Source of the DNA: an uncultured Verrucomicrobiae bacterium
Lineage (GTDB): Bacteria > Verrucomicrobiota > Verrucomicrobiia > Chthoniobacterales > UBA10450
DNA: 64,000 nt
NCBI GenBank assembly: GCA_963801815.1
Contig: CAWDGJ010000002.1
Location: 416,001-480,000, forward strand
Reading direction: 5' to 3'
A program made the translations under genes and the position numbers. Positions 8,882 through 17,444 of this stretch are shown here, piece by piece; position 1 is the first letter of the stretch; every line of letters starts with the position of its first letter. The notes below the pieces were generated by a model. That model saw only the letters and a list, made by a program, of their open reading frames with translations. It had not been told where the DNA came from and ran no database searches.

Positions 8882-9889
8882 TTAGTATCGTTTGCCGATC
8901 GCATCGCGCATCGAATAGAGGCGGGATTTGAAATACTCGCGCGCATGTTCTTCGCGAATTGGTCTTAGAAAGTACCCGATCTTGCGCGAGACTGACCGCG
9001 GCTCATATCCGAATTCCGGCATCAGATCGCGGCAGTGCCATTCTACCCAGCCGATTTCGTCCTCGGATAATTCGGTTTCCCAACGTGACGCCGGTTCGTC
9101 GCTCACTTTTGAAAACGCGATTTGCGCCGCTGAATTTCCGCCCCACGGCTCGCCAACTTTCGTCGGCGTAAGCACAATGTCGGCATCAAACGTCACCTCG
9201 AGATAGTCGCAAATGTTTTTCATGACCATGGACGGTTCTCGAATCAGTTGCTCGAACCGGACGAACAAACCGGACACCTCGCCCGCGCGGACGCGTCGAG
9301 CCAGTCGCGCGGCTACCCGCCAATGCGCGATGACGTAGTAAACCGAAAACCGTTTTGTGTTACGCGCTTTTTCCATCGCGATCTGGGTTGCGAGAATTGC
9401 GCGGGGATCGCGCAGGGTCACGATGAGTTTTGAGTTTGGAAACCGGGAAAAGATTTCATCGACGTGATTCCGGTTCGCGGGCGTCTTTTCCACCCAGCGT
9501 TTGACCTGATCGGGCGAAACGCCCAACGTCTCTCCGTACGCTTCCGCCATCAGTGCGAGCAAATCGCGCCGCGAATTTGCCGGATCGAACGCGACTCTTT
9601 CGAAAGTTTCCAGAAACCGCTGTTGGGGAAAATTTTTGTACTCGTGCTCGCGCCACCTCGGCTCGCCGCTAAAAAGCACCCGTGAGAAAGATTGCTTCGT
9701 CAGATAATCAAACTGCGCGCGCCGTCCGGAATCGCGATACTTTCGCAAGACTGTCGGGAAATATGCCGTCTCCTGCGGCAAGACCAAAAGCTCGGGATGA
9801 TTGTCGAGTAGCGCGGCGACAAGCGTCGTTCCTGACTTCGCCTGCCCGGCGATGAAACAAGCGCGCTGATCAAACGGAGGGTTTTCCAT
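8882..9889 (-). CDS. Sulfotransferase family protein
   Basis: 5'-PSB motif 'GQAKSGTTLV', WVEKTP, and 3'-PB motif 'RDPRA'. Confidence 0.85.
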   Translation of the reverse strand: MENPPFDQRACFIAGQAKSGTTLVAALLDNHPELLVLPQETAYFPTVLRKYRDSGRRAQFDYLTKQSFSRVLFSGEPRWREHEYKNFPQQRFLETFERVAFDPANSRRDLLALMAEAYGETLGVSPDQVKRWVEKTPANRNHVDEIFSRFPNSKLIVTLRDPRAILATQIAMEKARNTKRFSVYYVIAHWRVAARLARRVRAGEVSGLFVRFEQLIREPSMVMKNICDYLEVTFDADIVLTPTKVGEPWGGNSAAQIAFSKVSDEPASRWETELSEDEIGWVEWHCRDLMPEFGYEPRSVSRKIGYFLRPIREEHAREYFKSRLYSMRDAIGKRY

Positions 9890-9936
9890 CGGGATGATTG
9901 TGCTGCTTGACGCCAACTTCTTCAATCGCCGGCGTG

Positions 9937-10045
9937 GTCATCCCGAGCGCAAGCGAGGGACCTCACAGTCCAAGCCTTGATCACACAATGCAAATAGAGT
10001 GATCAACGAAGCTTATGAGAGATCCTTCACTCCGTTCAGGATGAC
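9937..10045. repeat. GTC-tagged palindromic element, copy 1 (109 bp)
   Basis: Arms GTCATCCCGAGCGCAAGCGAGGGACCTC and GAGATCCTTCACTCCGTTCAGGATGAC are near-inverted; related copy at 55165. Confidence 0.8.
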
Positions 10046-10049
10046 TGCG

Positions 10050-11000
10050 TCATTTCGCGCGCGATTTCAAAAACCAATCAACAAACTTCGGAAGGCCGTC
10101 TCCGAATTTCGTCTTCGGGCTGTAGCCGAGAAGTTTTCTCGCCTTGGAAATGTCGGCGCAGGTCAACGGCATGTCCCCCGGTTGTTCCGGCAACCGATTG
10201 ATCTTGGCTTTCTTTCCCAGCGCGGTCTCAATTGCCGCGATCAAATCCTTCAACTGAATCGTCTCGCTCTCCCCCAGGTTAAAAACGTCGAACATCGGGC
10301 CGTCATATTTCAGGGCCGCCAATGTTCCCTGAATGATGTCGTCGATGTAAGTGTAATCACGTCGCGTCGTGCCATCGCCAAACTGATCGATCGGTTCGCC
10401 CGCGTGAATTTTTCGCGTGAACTGATGGATCGCGAGATCTGGGCGCTGGCGCGCACCGTAAACCGTGAAATACCGCAGCGCGACAATCCGCATGCTGTAG
10501 AGATGCGAATATGTCGAACAGAGAAATTCTCCGGCAATTTTCGTCGCCGCGTACGGACTCAGCGTCTGGGTGAGTTGTTCTTCCTCCGAAAATGGAACCC
10601 GCTTCGCTCCGCCGTAAACCGATGAGCTCGATGCGAAAATGAATCTCTCAACTCCATTCGTTCGCGCGCCTTCGAGCAAATGCAACGTGCCCCCGACATT
10701 GGTGTCGTAATAAAGTTGAGGCTGTTGAATCGACGGCCGAACTCCGGCGCGCGCGGCAAGATGAAAAATCGCGTCGAACTTTTTGTCTCGAAACACGTTC
10801 GCAACCTTTTTGCCGTCGCAAAGATCGATATCATGGACGACGACTTGGTTTGCGACCGCCGAAATGTTCGCCCGCTTGATCTTCGGATCGTAAAAGTCGT
10901 TAAAGTCGTCGAGGATGGCGACCTTGTGACCGTCCGCGATTAGTCTTTCGACCAGATGCGAGCCGATAAACCCAGCCCCGCCGGTGACCAAAATCCTCAT
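10050..11000 (-). CDS. NAD-dependent epimerase (UDP-glucuronate 4-epimerase-like)
   Basis: TGGAGFIG, HLAARAGVRPS, SSSSVYG, YAATK, RPDLAIHQF. Confidence 0.9.
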   Translation of the reverse strand: MRILVTGGAGFIGSHLVERLIADGHKVAILDDFNDFYDPKIKRANISAVANQVVVHDIDLCDGKKVANVFRDKKFDAIFHLAARAGVRPSIQQPQLYYDTNVGGTLHLLEGARTNGVERFIFASSSSVYGGAKRVPFSEEEQLTQTLSPYAATKIAGEFLCSTYSHLYSMRIVALRYFTVYGARQRPDLAIHQFTRKIHAGEPIDQFGDGTTRRDYTYIDDIIQGTLAALKYDGPMFDVFNLGESETIQLKDLIAAIETALGKKAKINRLPEQPGDMPLTCADISKARKLLGYSPKTKFGDGLPKFVDWFLKSRAK

Positions 11001-11013
11001 TAACCGTTAGATT

Positions 11014-11095
11014 AGCCACAGATGAACACAGATCGACACAGATTTCAGAATTGCTTCAGCTCCGATCTGTATTTCATCGGTGTTAATCTGTGGCT
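11014..11095. repeat. Decamer tandem-inverted repeat
   Basis: AGCCACAGATGAACACAGATCGACACAGAT ... ATCTGTATTTCATCGGTGTTAATCTGTGGCT. Confidence 0.8.
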
Positions 11096-11098
11096 GGA

Positions 11099-11890
11099 AT
11101 GACTCTCGATAATTGCACAGCGCTGATCACCGGAGCGTCCGCAGGCATTGGTCGCGAGTTTGCGCGGCAGCTCGCATCGCGCGCGCGAACGCTCGTCCTG
11201 GTCGCGCGGCGTGAGCAGCGATTGAACGATCTGCGCGATGAACTGCGCAACCGTAACGCGCAGTTGAATGTTCACACGCAAGTGGTCGATCTCTGCGACA
11301 GATCTCAAATCGACGAATTGGTTCGTCGGCTCGCGCAAGACAAGATCGACATCGATTTTTTGGTCAACAACGCCGGGCTCGGCGACTATGGGTCGGTAGC
11401 GACCAGCGACATCGAACGCGACGATCGGATTATTCAAGTCAACATCGCCGCCCTCACTTCCCTGACCCGTCAGTTGCTTCCGCGGATGATCGCAAGAAAA
11501 CGCGGTGCAATTTTGAACGTCAGTTCGTCGGCGGGTTTCCTGCCAATTCCGGGCATGGCGGTTTACGCGGCAAGTAAAGCATTCGTAAACAGTTTCACCG
11601 AAGCGATTCGGACAGAGCTGCGTGGCAGCGGCGTTTCTGTGACTGCACTTTGTCCGGGCCCGGTCCACACCGAATTTGGTGAAGTTGCCAAACGTCCGGG
11701 ACGCGAACCCGAAACCGGCCCTGAATTCGTCTACGTTTCAGTCGAGCAGACGGTACGAGACGCACTCACGGCCGTCGAAGCAGACAAGCCACTGATCATT
11801 CCTGGATTATTCATGAAATTCGGCATGTTCCTCGTCCGAATCACCCCGATGCCGATCCTGCGACGTGTCCGTCGTGCGAAAGCGATCTGA
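11099..11890 (+). CDS. SDR family oxidoreductase
   Basis: TGASAGIG, NNAG, YAASK. Confidence 0.9.
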   Translation: MTLDNCTALITGASAGIGREFARQLASRARTLVLVARREQRLNDLRDELRNRNAQLNVHTQVVDLCDRSQIDELVRRLAQDKIDIDFLVNNAGLGDYGSVATSDIERDDRIIQVNIAALTSLTRQLLPRMIARKRGAILNVSSSAGFLPIPGMAVYAASKAFVNSFTEAIRTELRGSGVSVTALCPGPVHTEFGEVAKRPGREPETGPEFVYVSVEQTVRDALTAVEADKPLIIPGLFMKFGMFLVRITPMPILRRVRRAKAI

Positions 11891-13841
11891 TTGCGACACC
11901 TTCGATTGGGTCGCAGGCCTCGATCAGGAGAAAGACTGCGCAAGCTGACCAGGTTTGGGGAGAACAAGAGACCGGATAAAGCGTCGGGCCCGTGCCGGCT
12001 TGGCGGGTGAAGCCACCGAAAAGTTCGGGCATGCGATTTAATTCGAAACAGGTGCTGGCATCGAAGAGCGCCTGAAAGATCGCTTCGGCTTCTTTCTTCA
12101 GCCCGTAGCGGGCGAAACCAGCCGCGATTATCGCGTTGTCATGCGGCCAGATCGAGCCGTTGTGATACGACATCGGATCGTATCGCGATTCGGTTGCAGC
12201 AATTGTGCGGATACCCCAACCCGAAAATGATTCTTCGCTCATCAAGGTCGCTGCGACTCGCGGGGCTCGATCTGCGCTCGCAATTCCGGCGAACAGACAA
12301 TGGCCGGCATTTGAACTGCGCACACCGCAAACTTTTTTTCTGCCATCAAGCGCAATCGCATAAGTCGAAAGCTCTTCGCACCAGAAAATTTCTTCGAATT
12401 GGCGGCGCAAGGTTTGAGCCTGATGAGCCAATCGGTCCGCGAGCACGTTTTTTTCAAAACTCCGCGCGAGATCTGCCGCCGCCCGTTTTGCCGCGAAAAC
12501 GTAGGCTTGCACTTCGCAAAGCGCGATTGGCCCATCCGGCAAAGTGCCGTCGGCGTGAAAAATCGCGTTGTCCGAATCTTTCCAGCCCTGGTTGCGCAGT
12601 CCGCCGCGCGCAGAGCGCGCATACTCGATGAAGCCGTCACCATCGAGATCGCCGAAGTTGTCGATCCAACTCAGTGCCTGCTCGATGTTCGGCCAAATCG
12701 ATCGGATAAGATCGACATCCGCCGTGCAGTCGTAATATGCGCCGGCGAGCATTACGAATAACGGCGTCGCGTCGATCGAGCCGTAGTAACGATCGAACGG
12801 GATTTCGCCGCACGCCGCCATCTCGCCGGTGCGCGTCTCGTGCAAAATTTTCCCAGGTTGCGCGTCTCGCTCTGGATTTTCTTCGGTCGCTTGGGTAGCG
12901 GCGAGATACGTTAGAACGCCGCGCGCAATGCCCGGGTAGAATGACAAACATTCGAACGCCGTGATGATCCCATCGCGGCCAAATGCCGTGCTGTACCAAG
13001 GAAGGCCCGCATAGGGATAAACTCCATGCGGCGTTTCCGTGAGCATCATCCGCAGATCGGCAAGCGAGCGACGCAGCCATGGATCGAGTTGCTCGTTCGC
13101 AGTGACGATTTGCTGATCAACTTCGGTCGCGGACCAGGACGCCGAGCGAAGTCGTCTCAATGCTTCGTCAAAATCGGCGACCGATGTCGATCTTCGATCA
13201 CCCAATTCGCAGTGCACTGAAACATTGACAACGGTTTTCAGGCGGGGTCTGAGCCGGAAGCGTATCCGCGACCCAGCTGACTCCTCTGGCGGCGGATCGA
13301 ACCGAATTGTCGTCCGGCGGCGCTGTCGATCCAATCCTTCATAAAAAAACTGGATCATGTTTGCGCGAAAGCGCGGTGGATCTACGCGGCCATGTCGCGC
13401 GCGTTTGAAACCGCGGACTTCGAACAAGTCCACAAAGTCGGCGTCGAATTCGATCGATAATTCGATTGTCGACTCGCCGCCGTTCTCAATTTCCAAGCGC
13501 TCGTAAAGCGTCGCGTCCAACAAAAATTTTGTGCGACGAATTCGGACGCCGCGAGAGGCAAGATCAACAGTGATGACTACGCTGTCGTCGCTGACTGCCG
13601 AACTTACGAGTGCCGGCCGTTCGTTATCGACCCTCAGCGCGAGTCGCGAAAGAAATCGGGTGTCCCGGTGACAGACGCCGCACTCGGGCAGGGCGTCGAT
13701 GCCGCCGAACAGATCAAGCACGGCGAACGTGTCGCCGTGTTTGATCGCGTGTGTCTGATTTTCTGTCGCGTTATTGCTGCGCGTATTTGACTGAGCAGCC
13801 GTACGGTTTGGTCTGCGCGTTGGTGACCGGTTTGCCGGCAA
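11841..13841 (-). CDS. Amylo-alpha-1,6-glucosidase / glycogen-debranching family protein (both termini uncertain)
   Basis: KHGDTF, AGLPWYSTAFGRD, QPGKILHE, YYGSIDATPL, NQGWKDS, YHNGSIWPHDN; overlaps both neighbouring genes. Confidence 0.8.
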   Translation of the reverse strand: MPANRSPTRRPNRTAAQSNTRSNNATENQTHAIKHGDTFAVLDLFGGIDALPECGVCHRDTRFLSRLALRVDNERPALVSSAVSDDSVVITVDLASRGVRIRRTKFLLDATLYERLEIENGGESTIELSIEFDADFVDLFEVRGFKRARHGRVDPPRFRANMIQFFYEGLDRQRRRTTIRFDPPPEESAGSRIRFRLRPRLKTVVNVSVHCELGDRRSTSVADFDEALRRLRSASWSATEVDQQIVTANEQLDPWLRRSLADLRMMLTETPHGVYPYAGLPWYSTAFGRDGIITAFECLSFYPGIARGVLTYLAATQATEENPERDAQPGKILHETRTGEMAACGEIPFDRYYGSIDATPLFVMLAGAYYDCTADVDLIRSIWPNIEQALSWIDNFGDLDGDGFIEYARSARGGLRNQGWKDSDNAIFHADGTLPDGPIALCEVQAYVFAAKRAAADLARSFEKNVLADRLAHQAQTLRRQFEEIFWCEELSTYAIALDGRKKVCGVRSSNAGHCLFAGIASADRAPRVAATLMSEESFSGWGIRTIAATESRYDPMSYHNGSIWPHDNAIIAAGFARYGLKKEAEAIFQALFDASTCFELNRMPELFGGFTRQAGTGPTLYPVSCSPQTWSACAVFLLIEACDPIEGVAIRSLSHDGHVAGSASG

Positions 13842-14382
13842 GAGCTTCGTCGAGCGCAGACTTCACGTAATTGGTTGAGCTTGGAATGTCGGCGGGATTC
13901 GGTGTGGCCTTGCTGTCGATTGCACCTTCGTAAACGATTTTCCCATCCGGATTAATTACGACCATGTTCGGCGTGTTCTTGGAACCGTAAAGTTTCGCGA
14001 CTTTGCTATCGGGATCGAGCACCAGCGCGGTCTGTTTTGTTTTCCACGAATCCATAATTTTCTTCGCCTGCTCGGCGGTAACGTTGCCTTCGGTACCGGG
14101 CGCGTTGGAATCGATGGTCAGCCAGACCACGCCTTTGCCGGTGTACTCAGCCTGCAACTTCTGCATGTTGTCGCTGCCGTAATGCTTCTTAACGAATGGG
14201 CACTCCGGATTGAACCATTCGAGGACGACGTATTTGCCCTTGTATTGCGAGAGCGTTTCCGTTTTGCCGTTGGCGTCGGGCGCGGAAAAATCCGGCGCGG
14301 CGCTACCAACCGGCGGAACTTCGGCGTAAAGCGCGCCGGCGGCGAGTGCAGTGACTGCGATCAGTATTAGTTTTGTTTTCAT
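13771..14382 (-). CDS. Secreted redoxin / thioredoxin-family protein
   Basis: Signal peptide, VLEWFNPECPFV, C-terminal YGCSVKY. Confidence 0.85.
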   Translation of the reverse strand: MKTKLILIAVTALAAGALYAEVPPVGSAAPDFSAPDANGKTETLSQYKGKYVVLEWFNPECPFVKKHYGSDNMQKLQAEYTGKGVVWLTIDSNAPGTEGNVTAEQAKKIMDSWKTKQTALVLDPDSKVAKLYGSKNTPNMVVINPDGKIVYEGAIDSKATPNPADIPSSTNYVKSALDEALAGKPVTNAQTKPYGCSVKYAQQ

Positions 14383-14385
14383 AAA

Positions 14386-16512
14386 TTATCGAGAAGCGAC
14401 AGCGATAGTTTCGAGTTTATCCAGAAGAATATTCTTAGTGAGCAATTCCGGAAAGACAATCGGTTCCTGCGATTTCCCCGGGTAAAGCACGTATAATGGG
14501 ACACCCGGCCGGCCGAATTGTTGAAGTAATTTCGTGATGATCGGGTCGCCATTCGTCCAGTCGGCCTTCAGCTTCACAACGGCATGCCGCTGAAACGCCT
14601 CGCGCACCTCGGAGTTTTCCAGGACGGCCTTCTCGTTAAACTTACAGGTCAAACACCAGGCGGCTGTGAAATCTACAAATACGGCGTGGCCCGCGTCGCG
14701 TTCACTTTGCAATCGCTCAGGCGTGAACGGCTGCCAGTCGGTGTGTTGAACTTGAACGAGGTCAGGTGTCGCCGCGCGAAACTTGTCGGCAATGAAATAA
14801 AAGCCGCTACCGAGCAAGAGCACGAGCATGAGCACGAGCGCAGTGCCGCGTTTTGTTGGCGACGCAGTCGGAACGATGAACGCGCCTTTCATCCAACAGG
14901 CGATCGCGATGACCAGCAGAAAGCAGCTCGCCCAGATTGCGCCTTCGAGGCCGCGTTGCGCACCGAGCACGTAAATTAGAAAGAGCAGCGTCGCGAGCAG
15001 GAGAAATCCCATGAACTGTTTCACGTGGACCATCCAGGGACCAGGTTGCGGAAGAAACTTCATCCATGCGGGTTGGGCGCTGAGCAAAAAATACGGCGCG
15101 CTCATCCCGGCAGCCACGGCGACGAACATCAATAAAATGATTGAAGACGACTGGGTAAACGCGAACCCGATCGCCGGTCCGAGAAACGGCGCGGTACACG
15201 GTGTGGCAAGCGCAGTCGCAAACAATCCCTGAAAAAACGAGCCGGCTTCCCCTTCCTGGGTAGACGACTGAAGCATTCGATGCATTAGCGTTTGCGGCAG
15301 CGTGATTTCAAAAACGCCAAACAAGTCGAGCGCGAATGCGAGCACGATGACGCTAAGCCCCAAAACAAAATACGGGTTCGTGAATTGCGCGGCCCAGGTA
15401 ATTTGATGACCGGCTGCCTTCAGCGCGATCAACAACAGCGCGAGCCCGACGAACCAGACAAAAATTCCAGCGATGAACGCGATGCCGTTACGAAAAACTC
15501 CACGGCGATCCTTGTCGGCATGTTTGATGAAACCGAAAATTTTGAGTGAGATCACGGGCAGCACGCACGGCATGAGATTCAAAATGAATCCCCCGATGAG
15601 TCCGAACAGCAGAAAACCGAGAAGCCCGTGAGACGGTTGCAGCGGCGCCCGGACAGCGGCAGCCGTCTGGAATGTGCCGAGCTCCCAGGCGCTGCGATCC
15701 TCGCCATTGGGCAATTTCGAAAATACAACCAAGCCCCGCATCGACGAGAAATCTTCATCCGACGACTCGACGGGAACTTTGAAAGTGATTTCGCTTCCGT
15801 TACGCGATTCAACAGCCGGATGACCAACCACGGTGTTGCCCTGGGGCAGGGGGAAGAAATCGAATGTTTGGTAATTGGCGATCCTCTCACTGGTTAGTTT
15901 GAGATGAAGGTCTTTGCCGATCCTGCTCCAATTTGTTGTCGCGGTGTTGGAATCCGGAAACTTCTTGGGGAGCAGACGCTGATAGCGCGCAAAAAGATCC
16001 GTGTTCTTCGGCTCAGCCGATGTTGATGTTGGCAACTCCAGCGAAAGGTTCGCACTGCCGGGAATGCAGATCTTTTCGCAAACGAGCCAGTCAGTCTGAG
16101 CGGAGAGTTTTGTCGAAGAATCATCGATTCTTGCCGGCGGTGTGATTTCCTGAATGAGGAAGACCTCGTCCTGATAGCCGTAAGTGAGGATGTCGCCCGG
16201 ATCGATGGTCTTCAGGGGAATCGGCCATTGGATCTCGCCAACTTTCCAGCCCGGCGGGAGATTCCATTTGATCTCAGTCGGAAGACCAGCGTCGCCGGAG
16301 TATTTCCAGTAGGTATGCCAGCCGGGCGCCATCCGCAGAAGCAAACCGACGGTGAAGGGTTTGCCCGGAACAACCGCGGACGTATCGGCGAGTAGCGTTG
16401 CTTTAACCAACTCCTTGCCCTGGTAATTCTGCGCGGCTGCGGAAACGGCTGCCAAGATCCCGCAGGCTGCGATCGATAACTGACGCAACGAAAGCATCCT
16501 CGAAATTACCAT
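14386..16512 (-). CDS. dsbD: DsbD-like thiol:disulfide interchange protein
   Basis: N-domain CEKIC, TM motifs LMPCVLP and ATPCTAP, C-terminal thioredoxin WCLTC. Start is 16512 or 16497. Confidence 0.85.
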   Translation of the reverse strand: MVISRMLSLRQLSIAACGILAAVSAAAQNYQGKELVKATLLADTSAVVPGKPFTVGLLLRMAPGWHTYWKYSGDAGLPTEIKWNLPPGWKVGEIQWPIPLKTIDPGDILTYGYQDEVFLIQEITPPARIDDSSTKLSAQTDWLVCEKICIPGSANLSLELPTSTSAEPKNTDLFARYQRLLPKKFPDSNTATTNWSRIGKDLHLKLTSERIANYQTFDFFPLPQGNTVVGHPAVESRNGSEITFKVPVESSDEDFSSMRGLVVFSKLPNGEDRSAWELGTFQTAAAVRAPLQPSHGLLGFLLFGLIGGFILNLMPCVLPVISLKIFGFIKHADKDRRGVFRNGIAFIAGIFVWFVGLALLLIALKAAGHQITWAAQFTNPYFVLGLSVIVLAFALDLFGVFEITLPQTLMHRMLQSSTQEGEAGSFFQGLFATALATPCTAPFLGPAIGFAFTQSSSIILLMFVAVAAGMSAPYFLLSAQPAWMKFLPQPGPWMVHVKQFMGFLLLATLLFLIYVLGAQRGLEGAIWASCFLLVIAIACWMKGAFIVPTASPTKRGTALVLMLVLLLGSGFYFIADKFRAATPDLVQVQHTDWQPFTPERLQSERDAGHAVFVDFTAAWCLTCKFNEKAVLENSEVREAFQRHAVVKLKADWTNGDPIITKLLQQFGRPGVPLYVLYPGKSQEPIVFPELLTKNILLDKLETIAVASR

Positions 16513-16566
16513 CGGCCTAACCGCGTCGCAAAAAGAGATGGCTCGCATCGTGCTGCGAAATATGAC

Positions 16567-16809
16567 ATGCGCGGCCTGTTGACGTTCATAGTAATAGCTG
16601 GAATTGGCGGCGGTTTGTTCCTTGTGCAGAAACGAAGCGAGCAACAAGCGCAGGCGAAACAAGCTTCAGCTCAAGTAGCACCGACACCGCGTCAGGTTTA
16701 CGAGCACGATTGGGCCAAGCATTCACTCGACACCACGCATTCGGTCATCGACCAGATCCAACGCCAGCGTAAGGACGACGATTTAAAGGACGCTGTTGGC
16801 AGGCGGTAA
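16567..16809 (+). CDS. Small hypothetical protein with N-terminal TM anchor
   Basis: 80 aa, hydrophobic N-terminus, occupies otherwise intergenic space. Confidence 0.55.
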   Translation: MRGLLTFIVIAGIGGGLFLVQKRSEQQAQAKQASAQVAPTPRQVYEHDWAKHSLDTTHSVIDQIQRQRKDDDLKDAVGRR

Positions 16810-16834
16810 AATCGCGGCTGCGGAAAGTCCAGAA

Positions 16835-17422
16835 TCACCTGGCCGGACCAACGGCCAAATCGCCGAGTTGCTTGTGGACGGCCGCTTTTAAATCGTTTGC
16901 CGAAATCGCTTCCCTAACGTCAGCGGCTGTAGCTGCCTGCTCATTGTGTCCGAGCTGAGCCAGGTCGCGCACGAGCTGACCTTCAGCGTTCACAACAACA
17001 TCTCGGCCGGTTTGTTCGTCACGCTGAACATGAAACCGACCGTGGCTGATGCCGACGAGTGGAACGAATTGATCGTTGTTGTGTTCGACAAAGAGAATGT
17101 CGCGGTCGCCCACTTCGAACTTCGGCGTGTCGGTGACTTCCATCGTTTCGTCGCCGACAGTACCGCCGAGCATCCGGATCGTGTAAGACGCGCCGGCCTG
17201 CCCTTTCACATTGTCTTCAATCTGGAAAGTAACATAGCTCTCGATGTGGCGATCACCGCCCTCGCCCTCCCAAACCGACCGAGAAGCCGTCACTGTTCCC
17301 TGAAAAATGAGTTCGGCCTGTTGAACAAGTTGTTCAAATGTCGGCGGGATGACGGTCGTGGCGGAAACACGCACGAAGGTGAAACCGACCGCGATGAGCG
17401 GGAGAAGATATTTGATTTTCAT
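16835..17422 (-). CDS. Secreted hypothetical protein, candidate TIMP/NTR-like OB fold
   Basis: Signal peptide ending VSA; mature N-terminus TTVIPPTFEQLVQQAELIFQGTV; co-oriented 22 nt after the matrixin gene. Confidence 0.7.
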   Translation of the reverse strand: MKIKYLLPLIAVGFTFVRVSATTVIPPTFEQLVQQAELIFQGTVTASRSVWEGEGGDRHIESYVTFQIEDNVKGQAGASYTIRMLGGTVGDETMEVTDTPKFEVGDRDILFVEHNNDQFVPLVGISHGRFHVQRDEQTGRDVVVNAEGQLVRDLAQLGHNEQAATAADVREAISANDLKAAVHKQLGDLAVGPAR

Positions 17423-17444
17423 GTGAAAAAGAAGGTTCGTGATT

